The translations under genes and the position numbers were made by a program. Below the pieces are notes generated by a model. The model was not told the origin of the DNA, did no database searches, and worked only from the letters and a program-made list of their open reading frames with translations. Positions 29,825 to 39,398 of a stretch of DNA of 64,000 nt are shown here, piece after piece. This DNA is from Myxococcota bacterium (lineage in GTDB: Bacteria > Myxococcota_A > SURF-8): positions 64,001 through 128,000 of the forward strand of contig OZ223209.1 of assembly GCA_965140415.1 (NCBI GenBank). The letters run 5' to 3'. The first letter of the stretch is position 1; every line of letters starts with the position of its first letter.

Positions 29825-31171
29825 TCAGCGCTCCTTATCGTTTCCCGGCTCGTTGTCGAGAGATTTCACTTGCTTGGCCAACTCCAACCCATATCCAAAG
29901 CGTTCGTAACGTGCGCGCATGTCCGCCGGGTGCCGCCCTTTGCGTGCCAGCGCCTCCACCCAGTCCGGGCGCGGCCAGCATTGCTTCAAGGCCCGGTGAC
30001 AATGCTCTTTCCATTCGTTCAACAGCGTTTGTAACGCGTCGTCCTCGGTTTGCGACAGCGCCCAGTCCAGATGCCCCAAGGCCGCCGGAAAACGCCCCAT
30101 CTCAAATTCTTTTAGCGCCAGAATGCCCAGATCCTCCGCGTCTGCCGGAATGATGTCTTCCATCAAAGGCGACTGCTTATCGTAGTCGATACCGAGCAGA
30201 TCGGGACGCTGGGCCTGCGTACTCCACAGCCAGGCGCAACGGCGACAGCCAAAGCCCTGCTGTTCCATCTCCTTGAATTTTCCCGCCACCATCGCGGCAC
30301 GGAAGGCCGTGGCCTGCGGCCCGTTCCAGCAATAGTCGAAATCATGTTCCAAAAGACTGGGCCACAAGACGTTTTCACTCGGTTCCACAAAACAGTAATC
30401 AGTTCGACCGTCGTGCAGTACCGTAAACGCGCTCCAGGGAAAAACGCAACGCGGGAAGCTGGTTTCGTCCAGTTGTTGGTGCATATTCAAGCTGGCTTCC
30501 TCGATGCTGTCCTGAAAGCTGTCCGTCCAGTGGAAATCCACCGAATTCAAACCGGGATAATGACTCCTGAAAAAGGCTGCGACCCGTTCTTCCGTTTCGC
30601 TGCGATTGCCCTGCTGATGCACGTAGTCGATCACCACGTTGCTGTCCCAGCGTTCCATGTCGCGCCGCACTTGCAAAAAAGCCTGCAAGCCGTCAAGCGC
30701 GCGCTGCATGCGTGGCCGTCCATGACAAGCGCTGTAAACGTCTTCGGTGATGCCGCTGATGCTGAAGGCGACGAAATCCAAAAGTGGCACCAATTCCTGC
30801 GCCAGTTCGGGGGTCATCAAAATGCCGTTGGTATGCATGTGCAGCCGGGCATTGGGAAAGCGCTGCCGGGTTTGTCGAATGATTTCGACAATATCCGGAT
30901 TCATCAGCGGTTCGCCCTGCTTTTGGAAATAGATTTTGGAAATGCTGTCGGGCAGCTTGGGAAGAATCGTCTGCAAGGTCTGTAAGGTCATGAAACCACG
31001 ATCTTTTCGCATGGTTTCGTGCCGGGCGCAGACGGCGCAACGCAGGTTGCAGTAATTGGTCGGCGACAAATACAGCAACCAAGGCGTATCCGGGGCGGTA
31101 TCGGCGCCTGTCACCCAACCAAAGGTGCGACTGGCTTTGACTTTTTCCGCCATACTGCGAATGCGTTGCAT
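29825..31171 (-). CDS. radical SAM protein with twitch/SPASM domain
   Basis: TNYCNLRCAVC, GEPLMNP, HTNG, CVFPW..FTVLHDG...C...WNG...CRRC. Confidence 0.9.
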   Translation of the reverse strand: MQRIRSMAEKVKASRTFGWVTGADTAPDTPWLLYLSPTNYCNLRCAVCARHETMRKDRGFMTLQTLQTILPKLPDSISKIYFQKQGEPLMNPDIVEIIRQTRQRFPNARLHMHTNGILMTPELAQELVPLLDFVAFSISGITEDVYSACHGRPRMQRALDGLQAFLQVRRDMERWDSNVVIDYVHQQGNRSETEERVAAFFRSHYPGLNSVDFHWTDSFQDSIEEASLNMHQQLDETSFPRCVFPWSAFTVLHDGRTDYCFVEPSENVLWPSLLEHDFDYCWNGPQATAFRAAMVAGKFKEMEQQGFGCRRCAWLWSTQAQRPDLLGIDYDKQSPLMEDIIPADAEDLGILALKEFEMGRFPAALGHLDWALSQTEDDALQTLLNEWKEHCHRALKQCWPRPDWVEALARKGRHPADMRARYERFGYGLELAKQVKSLDNEPGNDKER

Positions 31172-31316
31172 CTTTTCCCCTTCGGTCTTGCGATTCAGGA
31201 ACGGATCTTCCAATTCGATTAATAGAAACCCTCACTTATAATTGTCGGTTATTATCCCGAAATCTTTACTGGTTTCGTCATAGATGTTTAACGCGAGAGA
31301 AGCAATCTGGTAATCA

Positions 31317-32951
31317 TCAACGTGCTGTACCATTTCCGCTTAAAAGAGACCGCTTCAAGGACTGGATTCGTTCCCGAGTTGGATCAGGTAGAACCACATC
31401 CACCGGCAACCCCACTGCTTCCGCTCGAATCGGCAACCCGCTGAAATCGAAGCGCTTGGTCGGGATTCCCCAGGCAAGTCCGCTGCGCGGCAGAAGTGCG
31501 AAACCGAGTTCCCCGGCTTCGATGAAACCGCCGGTCGGCTCGCCGATAACCCAGGTATTTTCAAGATGTTTCAGAGCCAGAACGATGTTTTCCGCTGAAC
31601 TGGCGGTATGGCGATCGACAAGCACCAGGATCTGTCCTTTGTAGTCGTTTTCTGCTGCGCCAAGCAACTCCATGGGGTGGCATTGGGCTTCAGGCTGCGA
31701 CGACATTTCGACGCTTCGGAGCATCTGGCTCCACGCCTGTTCTTTCAAGGATTGAATTCTCTTTGTATCGTTCTGGTTTGCATTGCAAGCGCATACCCAT
31801 TGTCTAATGGCTTGATTGGCTTGCAATGCCGCAAGATCCGCCCCAACATTCTGACAAACCTGCCCTAGAGCAATAGGATGTGAAATCAACTGCTTGATCC
31901 ATTCGTACCCATAACGGTTACTGCCGCCGCCGTTTCCACGCAGATCCAAAACCAGGCGGGCGTGGCGGCGATGCCGGGTGGCATCCTGAACGAAGCGCGA
32001 TAATTCCCGGTCGTAGCGGGCAGAAAAACTGCGAAGCCGTATCCAAGCCGTATCCCCCTGAATTTCAAATGAATAAACCGGTGGATCAGCAGGCGGATTC
32101 TCTTTTTTCGCCGTTTCTTCGGCAGAGATCGGAAGCAAGGCATAACGATGATCCCCGCAAATGATCGCCTGTGGTGCCGTTTCGCTGTACGCAACCAGCA
32201 TCCAGATGGATTGCAACTCGCCGGAAGTCGTTACGCCAAGCGTCCGCCAGGGTTGCGGGATTTGGGGAAAACGCGCCTCAATGGAGTCCTTTTCCCAGCG
32301 ACAGGAAATGTCACTCGGAACTTCTTGATCCGGCGCAAGATCGAGACGCAGCAACTTTCGTTGCCAACCGGTTCGGCTTATTTCGCGATCCAACGCCTGG
32401 ACGTGTATCGGTTGAAAGTGCCGATCCCCGAACGCAAAGCGCCAGCGGGCGAGAAAGTCGCCCAGCGCGTCACCCAAAGAGATCGTCCCGCTTTTAGAAA
32501 ATCGCTCGATGGATGCCTGGAAAAGACTGTGAATCCGGGCCGTTTCCGCTTCACGCCGGGACTCGTGAAAAGGATACATGCGCATCAGGGCAAATTCCAG
32601 CGCTTGAAAATCCGCAGCCAGATCGTCGCCAGAAAATGGGGTATTTGTGGACGAAGAAGCAGACTTGCACCAGGACTTCAGCCCTTCGCCATTCGGATTC
32701 AATAGAAACGGCGTCGTCAACCGGCCAGCAGGAGGAAGATAGATATGCTCCGGGCTCGCATTGGCCCATGACGCATCGACCGCATCGGAAGGTACAGAGG
32801 GTTTGACATCCCGGCAGCCAAAGCAAAGCAGGCTGCAACATAGCAAAGCAAATCCAAACAATGACTTCAAGAATAATCCCCTTTCTTGCCTTTTCGGGTT
32901 CAAACTGGCCAGACGCGAAAGGATTGTCATCAATCTCACGGAGCTTGTCAA
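31317..32951 (-). CDS. S41 family peptidase, probable lipoprotein (start uncertain)
   Basis: AWIRLRSF, LVLDLRGNGGGS, LVDRHTASSAE, IGEPTGG; CFGC lipobox-like motif. Confidence 0.88.
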   Translation of the reverse strand: MTSSVRLMTILSRLASLNPKRQERGLFLKSLFGFALLCCSLLCFGCRDVKPSVPSDAVDASWANASPEHIYLPPAGRLTTPFLLNPNGEGLKSWCKSASSSTNTPFSGDDLAADFQALEFALMRMYPFHESRREAETARIHSLFQASIERFSKSGTISLGDALGDFLARWRFAFGDRHFQPIHVQALDREISRTGWQRKLLRLDLAPDQEVPSDISCRWEKDSIEARFPQIPQPWRTLGVTTSGELQSIWMLVAYSETAPQAIICGDHRYALLPISAEETAKKENPPADPPVYSFEIQGDTAWIRLRSFSARYDRELSRFVQDATRHRRHARLVLDLRGNGGGSNRYGYEWIKQLISHPIALGQVCQNVGADLAALQANQAIRQWVCACNANQNDTKRIQSLKEQAWSQMLRSVEMSSQPEAQCHPMELLGAAENDYKGQILVLVDRHTASSAENIVLALKHLENTWVIGEPTGGFIEAGELGFALLPRSGLAWGIPTKRFDFSGLPIRAEAVGLPVDVVLPDPTRERIQSLKRSLLSGNGTAR

Positions 32952-32968
32952 CCGTTGAAGGCAACGCC

Positions 32969-33556
32969 CATGGCGATTGCGTTCTAGCGATCTACGGGAA
33001 TTAATTTGGCCTTTCGATTATCCTATAGTGAGAAAAGGCGCATGCATGCCAACGAAACCATCGCAAAATTATGAAAGGAGCCGCGCCATGACGGTTTCAG
33101 CGGATCGTTCTCTTTTTTAATCGACTCCCTTTTCCAGGATCTTTTCGACGCTTTCCAGCGTATTCCTGACCCGAGACGTGGCCAAGGGCAGCGACACAAG
33201 TTGGCCGGTCTTTTACTTGGTTATACCGCCGCCATGCTTTGCAACGGTCACCAACCATTATGCTCTATCCAGCTTGCCCGCCGACGCACAATCATTATTC
33301 TCCATTCATCTGAACCATTGGTCAATCGAAACCTCATTCTCGATCAAAGACGCCGCTTTGAAAGAGGATCGACACGCGCTTCAGTCCCCCAATGCGGCCC
33401 TGCTAACGTCGATGCTGAGATCTCAGGTTTTTGGCTCTGCTTCAAAGATTACGGGGAAAAGCCGGATTCGCAAAAACATTGCGCGCGCTGGTTATGGACT
33501 CTACTCCCATTTGGAGCGCCATTCTAAAACTTGGAAAATAGAATGCAATCGCCATG
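32969..33556 (+). mobile_element. ISAs1-derived non-autonomous mini-element, copy 2 (588 bp, both ends)
   Basis: IR CATGGCGATTGC(G/A)TTCTA, 17 of 18 matching; only N- and C-terminal transposase fragments are present, in different frames. Confidence 0.85.
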
Positions 33557-33657
33557 GAATGTGGAAGCGAATGTTGACAGCGGATCGGTGGGCGATTAAA
33601 CTGTTTTAACGTAGTTGTGATTCGCTTCGACCATCTCATTTCCTGAAAGAGGATGTC

Positions 33658-35724
33658 ATGCTGGGCAAGAAATGGAGTTTGTTTTCGTGTATGATCGCGC
33701 TTGTGTTTTTACTGGCGCTGGGACTGCTCTCCGGTTGCGGCGGCGATGATACGTCGGGTGTCGATGGAGATGAGCCGATCGACGGCGATGACGCGCGCAA
33801 GCCCTGCCTGACCGATGCCGATTGCGAAATCGGCCAGATCTGTGGCACGGATGCGTATTGTCGCGACACGGGGAACGTAACACCTGGCGACGAGGACGGA
33901 ATCGACGAAGATCCGACCAAGACGCTGCGATTCACGCCGGGCAATACCATCGATCTGGGCGAAGTGGAACTGACCGCTCAACGCAGTACGCCCATTACCA
34001 TTTACAACGATGGCAACAGCACGCTACATCTCTATGATACCAACTGGTTGGAGCCGCAGGCGGTGGAAGACAATCCCTTCTCTTTAGACGGCTATCTGGA
34101 AGCTGCCGTTCAGCCGGGTAGTTCCTTCCAGTTCGAAATCGTATTGAATCCGCTGGAACTCGGAGAGATTACGGCGGTGTTGGAATTGAACAACGATTCC
34201 GACAATATGGATACCTTCCAGATTACCCTGACAGCTACAATCGTGGAGCCGAGCGGACAGGCCAACATCGGATCCTACCCGGAAACTGTCGCGTTCGGCG
34301 ATGTCCCGGCGGGTAGTCGCAAACGCATTCAGTTGTATATCGGTAACGACAGCGAAGTGCAGAGCCAGTTGCTGATTACCGGGCTGGCGCTGCAAACCGG
34401 CACGCCGTACGAACTGGTGCCGGAATTGGAACCTTCCGAAGACGATCCGGTGGAACTGAACAAAGGGGAATCGTTGACGATCGATGTCTGGATGCGAGCC
34501 ACCCAGGCCGGCAACTATACGGACAAGGTGCTCTGCTTCTACCACACCAACACCAACCCCGACACCCAGACCTTCGAAGTACCGATCACCGGGAAAGCGG
34601 TTGTCGGCGCGCTGCTGGCGCGTCCCAGCGAAATGCTGTTCGAAACCGTGCCGCTGGGCGGCGAAAAACCGCTGACGCTGGATCTCACCAATGCCCTGGC
34701 CGAGAGCGTCACATTGACCGAAATTCGCGTTACCGACGGCCAAAGCAGCCTGTGCGATGACTTCTTCAAATTTGCGGAAGGCGACACGAATCCGGTGGCG
34801 CTGGCTTCGGGTGAAACGCATACAATGACCCTGACCTTCAAACCCACGGCAGTCAAAGCCTATGATTGCGAGTTGACCGTGGCCACCAACTATGAAGGTC
34901 AACGGTTCTACTATCCGGTAACGGGTGAAGGAACGGAACGCAACCAGAAACCGGTAGCGCGCGTGAGCCAGTCGGACAACGGCCCGGACATCACCGCCGA
35001 TTTGGAGGTTCCGGTCGGTTCCGCAGTGGAATTGTTCGGAGACATCAGCTACGACCCCGATGGTCCCAACGAGGCGCTGACTTTCTCCTGGATTCTGGAT
35101 AAGCCGCTCAACTCCAATGCACATATCAACCCGGATACCGTCAGCCCGGTCGTCAACGCCTATATGGATGTGGCCGGGGACTACTCCATCACTTTAACGG
35201 TTACCGACGAAATGAACGAACGCAGCAATCCCAAGCTGGTGCGCGTCACTGCGGTAAGCGGACTGACGACTATCCGCATTGAAATGCGCTTCAGCGGCCT
35301 GACCGGCGCCAGCGACATCGACCTGCGCTGGAGCTTGCCAAGCGGTGCCTTCTGCGATGAAACGCGCGCCAACGCCAGCGGCACTTGCGCCGTGCCGACC
35401 GGGGAAGGCTCCGTGTTGGTGCAGGCTTGTGCAGCGGCTTCGCAGGGTTGTACCAGCGAATCGATTTCGCATGCCATGGCTCCCGACGGCAGATACACGA
35501 TCAGCGCCATCTTCGACGAAGACTGCCCCGGCGACATTCCGATCATCGGCGATTGCACCTTGGGTGTCGGCACACAGGACGTCGACTACGACATTTACAT
35601 TTACGTCGATTCGCAGCTGACCTACCAGATGACCGGCGAGCATTTCTCCGATGAAGGCGACATGAAGAGCTGGACCATCGTTCAGGAGAACGGGCAGTGG
35701 AGTCCGCCGGTGCTGGCGAACTGA
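33658..35724 (+). CDS. lipoprotein with three ASH/choice-of-anchor-D Ig-like domains and a PKD-like domain
   Basis: Lipobox LSGC, DGD linker, repeated (L/F)G.V.......(I/L).N units, SYDPDG...LTFSW...GDYSITLTVTD. Confidence 0.82.
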   Translation: MLGKKWSLFSCMIALVFLLALGLLSGCGGDDTSGVDGDEPIDGDDARKPCLTDADCEIGQICGTDAYCRDTGNVTPGDEDGIDEDPTKTLRFTPGNTIDLGEVELTAQRSTPITIYNDGNSTLHLYDTNWLEPQAVEDNPFSLDGYLEAAVQPGSSFQFEIVLNPLELGEITAVLELNNDSDNMDTFQITLTATIVEPSGQANIGSYPETVAFGDVPAGSRKRIQLYIGNDSEVQSQLLITGLALQTGTPYELVPELEPSEDDPVELNKGESLTIDVWMRATQAGNYTDKVLCFYHTNTNPDTQTFEVPITGKAVVGALLARPSEMLFETVPLGGEKPLTLDLTNALAESVTLTEIRVTDGQSSLCDDFFKFAEGDTNPVALASGETHTMTLTFKPTAVKAYDCELTVATNYEGQRFYYPVTGEGTERNQKPVARVSQSDNGPDITADLEVPVGSAVELFGDISYDPDGPNEALTFSWILDKPLNSNAHINPDTVSPVVNAYMDVAGDYSITLTVTDEMNERSNPKLVRVTAVSGLTTIRIEMRFSGLTGASDIDLRWSLPSGAFCDETRANASGTCAVPTGEGSVLVQACAAASQGCTSESISHAMAPDGRYTISAIFDEDCPGDIPIIGDCTLGVGTQDVDYDIYIYVDSQLTYQMTGEHFSDEGDMKSWTIVQENGQWSPPVLAN

Positions 35725-35773
35725 TCTTCCCAATTGCTGAGTCGTTCTTAGCGGTAAAACCTATTTGATTCCT

Positions 35774-35839
35774 ATAACGGCGGAGCGTAAGCCCGCCGTT
35801 TTGATGGTGTTTTTCGGCGGGCTCACGCCTCGCCGCTAC
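35774..35839. repeat. GTAG-type REP doublet (may act as a terminator)
   Basis: CGGCGGAGCGTAAGCCCGCCG ... CGGCGGGCTCACGCCTCGCCGCTAC. Confidence 0.7.
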
Positions 35840-35874
35840 AAGAAAACATCGCTAAAAATGGATAATAACCCACT

Positions 35875-36632
35875 CACGCCTGTCCAAGATAAGTTTTTGA
35901 GTTGAATAAGAAGCACCCGCCTTTGGGTTGTGTCAGAATCGGATTGATGGATTCGGTTCGTTCACAGACCACAAAGGAGGGCCATCTCATGTTAAGAGTC
36001 GCCAGCCTTTTCAGTCAACTGCTTTCTCTCTTTCCCAGGCTCGAATTCGAGCAATTGGTAAAAATGCACAACGCCCAGCGCGCTACCAAGGGATTCGATT
36101 GCTGGCCCCAATTTGTCTCCATGCTGTTCTGTCAGTTGGCACAGGCCAAAAGTTTGCGCGAAATATCCGGCGGTCTGCAATGCTGTCTGGGAAAACTCTC
36201 CCACCATGGCGTCAAAGCCGCGCCAAAACGCTCCACGCTCTCCTACGCCAATGCCCACCGCCCCTGGGAACTGTATCGAGATCTGTTTTACAAGATGGCC
36301 GACCGTTGTCGCGCCTATGCGCCACACAAACAATTTCGCTTTAAAAACCGTCTGTTCTCGCTCGACTCCACGCTCATCAAACTCTGCCTCTCGCTTTTCC
36401 CCTGGGCCAGCTACCGTCAGACCAAAGGCGTGATCAAACTCCATCTCCTGCTCGATCACGATGGATACTTTCCCGTTTTCGCCGCCATTACATCCACAAA
36501 AATGCACGACGTGAAACTTGCCCAGATCATGCGATTCCCCAAAAGCTCCATCCTGGCCATGGACATGGGCTATACGGATTACGAACTCTACGACAAGTGG
36601 ACCACGCAAGATGTGTACTTCGTCACCCGTCG
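35875..36632 (+). mobile_element. IS4-family element D, 3'-truncated
   Basis: Left end CACGCCTGTCCAAGATAA resembles the CAC..CTGTCC ends of A and B; no right IR seen. Confidence 0.7.
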
Positions 36633-36675
36633 CATAGCGGGTGGTTCTATGTTTCGCACTTACGTGCTCAACTGA
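35989..36675 (+). pseudogene. truncated IS4 transposase (DUF4372 plus partial DDE)
   Basis: AAGGAGG RBS, SLFSQLL, SLREI, RSTLSYANAHR, LDST, MDMGY, YFVTR; similarity then stops and there is no YREK motif. Confidence 0.85.
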
Positions 36676-36693
36676 CTAAAGTCTATAAAACAA

Positions 36694-36721
36694 ATGGTTC
36701 AAGACAGGAGCCTTGAACCAT
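36694..36721. repeat. hairpin related to REP hairpin B
   Basis: ATGGTTCAAGACAGGAGCCTTGAACCAT; its core GACAGGAGCC is shared with the reverse complement of 7221-7251. Confidence 0.55.
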
Positions 36722-36768
36722 CCAAACCAATTGAAACCGGTGAAAAAAACGGAGTTGCTTAAATCCCG

Positions 36769-37530
36769 TCAGGGACAACTTTCGTTGACGGCGCGCGGCG
36801 TGCCGAAGTCGCCATTGGTCATGGCGGTGGTGGAGTAGAACCAGTTTGCCATATCATCGTTATCGTTGGGATCTTCCTTACCCGCACATAAAGACAGGCT
36901 TGCGCCCTTCACCGGGGTGACGGCCATGGTTTCTTCGTCGTAAAAAACCTGATCCACGAGTTGATCGTTGCACATCAGCACCACGCCGTCGCTGCTGTTG
37001 CTCAGATTGTAGGTGCCCCACTCCCAGTCCGGATCGACATCGTCAGTCAATTCGATGCTGCGTACGATACCGAAAATCAGGTAGTCACCCGCCGCAACAT
37101 CCAACGAACCGGTGATCAAAGTGCGATGGTCGCTCTTGCTATCTTCGAAAGTGCAGCCGGTCAAGGTTACGGTACGCTGACCGATATTGAGCAGTTCTAC
37201 CCATTCGCCGTCATCGTCGCTGACAGCCAGTGAATCGTACATCAATTCGGTGAAAATCAATTCTCCGAATAAGGGGCGATTTTCATCGTAGGCGGGTGGC
37301 AGTTCGCCATCGCCATCGGTGTTCGTGTCGCCGTCCACACTGTTGTCGCCATCGGGTTCGTTATCGCCATCGGTGTTGTTGTCGCCATCAGCAATCTGAT
37401 CGCCGTCCGTATCGCCATCTTCGGTATCATCGTCACCGCCACAAGCAGGCAGCAACAGGACCAGAAACAACACCAGCACGATCAGGTGAAGTCGATTGAC
37501 AGGCAAACAAGTTAGTGAAAGACGATTCAT
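36769..37530 (-). CDS. lamin-tail-domain lipoprotein with DGD repeats
   Basis: Lipobox LPAC, tandem DGD units, LIFTELMYD...GEWVELLN...LSNSSD...GTPRAVN. Confidence 0.88.
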   Translation of the reverse strand: MNRLSLTCLPVNRLHLIVLVLFLVLLLPACGGDDDTEDGDTDGDQIADGDNNTDGDNEPDGDNSVDGDTNTDGDGELPPAYDENRPLFGELIFTELMYDSLAVSDDDGEWVELLNIGQRTVTLTGCTFEDSKSDHRTLITGSLDVAAGDYLIFGIVRSIELTDDVDPDWEWGTYNLSNSSDGVVLMCNDQLVDQVFYDEETMAVTPVKGASLSLCAGKEDPNDNDDMANWFYSTTAMTNGDFGTPRAVNESCP

Positions 37531-37744
37531 GGTTTATCCTCGAAAAACGGTTAATGAAACCAAAAACAAGAGTTTAGTATAGCAAAAACACAAATGTCTG
37601 TCCCTAACATTTTCCTAACTTTATTGTAAGCATTGTAGTGTCTTGGAGAGTTCGGATGCAGCACGGAAAATTGCAGTATCCATTAATTGTGATGATCCTT
37701 TACATTATATCTTGTGTTACAGCCGATGAGTTCCGAAATCGACT

Positions 37745-39352
37745 CTAGCGGCACACCCAAACCTGCTGCGAGTAGGTTTCACGGCATTCCGCATCCGAAT
37801 TGCAACCCAGCCAGAAGCAGTACCCGTTTCGGCAGGCGTAGTTGTTCGCATCGGTGATGGGGCTGCTCGATGCCGCAATGCAGTCGGTTGAAGTGCTGCA
37901 GGTTTGCAGGCACTGCTTCATGCCGGTGTTGTAGTAGTCGCTGCATTCCCAGTTGGAACCGTTGTTACTTGCCTGACATTCCTGAGTATTGTTGCAGCCT
38001 GTCCAGCGACAGACACCCGCCCGGCAGGCATAGTTGTCCTCATCGTAAGCACCGCTGGAATTTGCAGTCACGCAATCCGCCGCCGTGCGACAGCCATAGG
38101 CGCAGTAGCTGTACTCCAGGCCGTTGTTTTCATCGCAGACCCAACCATAAGGCGCACCGGCCATATCGCATTCCGCGTCGTTCATGCAACCGATGTACTG
38201 ACAGGCGTTGTTTTCACAGGCATAGTTGTTTTCATCATAGGCGGCAGGCATGTACTCGTTGGTGCAGTCGCTCACACTGGAACAGGTCTGTAAGCAGCTT
38301 TTCGCATGAACGAAGCACACGCCCCCTTCGCTGCATTCCCAGTTCGTATCGCAAGTGCCGCAGCTTCCGCCGCAACCGTCGTCCCCACATTCACGACCAG
38401 TGCAACTGGGATCGCAGTCCAGCGTGCAGATGCCGTCCTCACAGAAATAGCCGTTGTCGCAAGTTCCACAGCTCCCGCCACAGCCATCGTCACCACATTC
38501 ACGATCCGTGCAACTGGGATCGCAGTCCAGCGTGCAGATGCCGTCCTCACAGAAATAGCCGTTGTCACAAGTCCCACAGCTTTCCCCGCAGCCGTCGTCA
38601 CCGCATTCACGATCAGTGCAGTCGGGTGTGCAGGAAAGTACGCAGGTTCCATTTGCACATTGCTCCGAGGGCGGACAATCTCCGCAACTGCCACCGCAGC
38701 CATCCTCGCCGCATTCCATATTGGTGCAATCCGGCGTACAGGTTTGCTGGCATTGACCCTGCACGCAATACCAATTCTCGGCGCAGTTTCCGCAGGAACC
38801 ACCACAGCCATCGTCGCCGCACTCTCGCCCGCCGCATTGTGCTTCACAGTACTCTTCGCAACTTCGCGAAACACAATACCAGTCCGTGGGACATTGACCG
38901 CAACTGCCACCGCAACCGTCGTCGCCGCAATCAGCATCCGTGCAATCCGGCACACAGACAACGTGACAGCTTCCGTCTACGCACTGTTTTGAATCGTCAC
39001 AGTTTCCACAACTGCCACCACAGCCATCATCGCCACATTCAAGCCCGCTGCAATCCGGTTGACAGGGTGCTTGATCTTCATCGCCATCCGTCGGCTGCAC
39101 CGAGTCACCATCGGTCGGCGGATAAGGATTGATTGGCGTCCAGCCCTTGCAGTCGCCACAATCGCTCCAGCCCATGCCGTCCGCGTCGCAACTCTGACTG
39201 CCGCTGGTGCCGTCGGAGCAGGTGCAGTCTCGTTCGTTGCCCGCTTCGCACAATGGTTCGGGTTCTTCAAAGGGATCGTCTTCCTTGCAGCAGAGCGTCA
39301 GCACGGAAACGGAAAGCAGGACCAGCAGCAGTAGGGCATTTCGGATCGTCAT
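37745..39352 (-). CDS. cysteine-rich repeat lipoprotein
   Basis: Signal peptide plus Cys, seven C.P.C...ECGDDGCGGSCG.C units, three C-terminal DC...NYAC...GC repeats. Confidence 0.85.
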   Translation of the reverse strand: MTIRNALLLLVLLSVSVLTLCCKEDDPFEEPEPLCEAGNERDCTCSDGTSGSQSCDADGMGWSDCGDCKGWTPINPYPPTDGDSVQPTDGDEDQAPCQPDCSGLECGDDGCGGSCGNCDDSKQCVDGSCHVVCVPDCTDADCGDDGCGGSCGQCPTDWYCVSRSCEEYCEAQCGGRECGDDGCGGSCGNCAENWYCVQGQCQQTCTPDCTNMECGEDGCGGSCGDCPPSEQCANGTCVLSCTPDCTDRECGDDGCGESCGTCDNGYFCEDGICTLDCDPSCTDRECGDDGCGGSCGTCDNGYFCEDGICTLDCDPSCTGRECGDDGCGGSCGTCDTNWECSEGGVCFVHAKSCLQTCSSVSDCTNEYMPAAYDENNYACENNACQYIGCMNDAECDMAGAPYGWVCDENNGLEYSYCAYGCRTAADCVTANSSGAYDEDNYACRAGVCRWTGCNNTQECQASNNGSNWECSDYYNTGMKQCLQTCSTSTDCIAASSSPITDANNYACRNGYCFWLGCNSDAECRETYSQQVWVCR

Positions 39353-39398
39353 TACTTCCTCATCGTTTTGACTTATTCAAGCGTGGGCAAACGCAGGT

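Noticed and set aside
24187-31171. RiPP cluster interpretation of the two SPASM/twitch enzymes
   Set aside because: No precursor peptide or PqqD/RRE domain was seen. The auxiliary domains look twitch-like and the partner genes point to sugar chemistry.
37870-39334. Arg/His-rich and Ala/Thr-rich ORFs overlapping the Cys-rich gene
   Set aside because: They are alternative-frame readings of a repetitive coding sequence.
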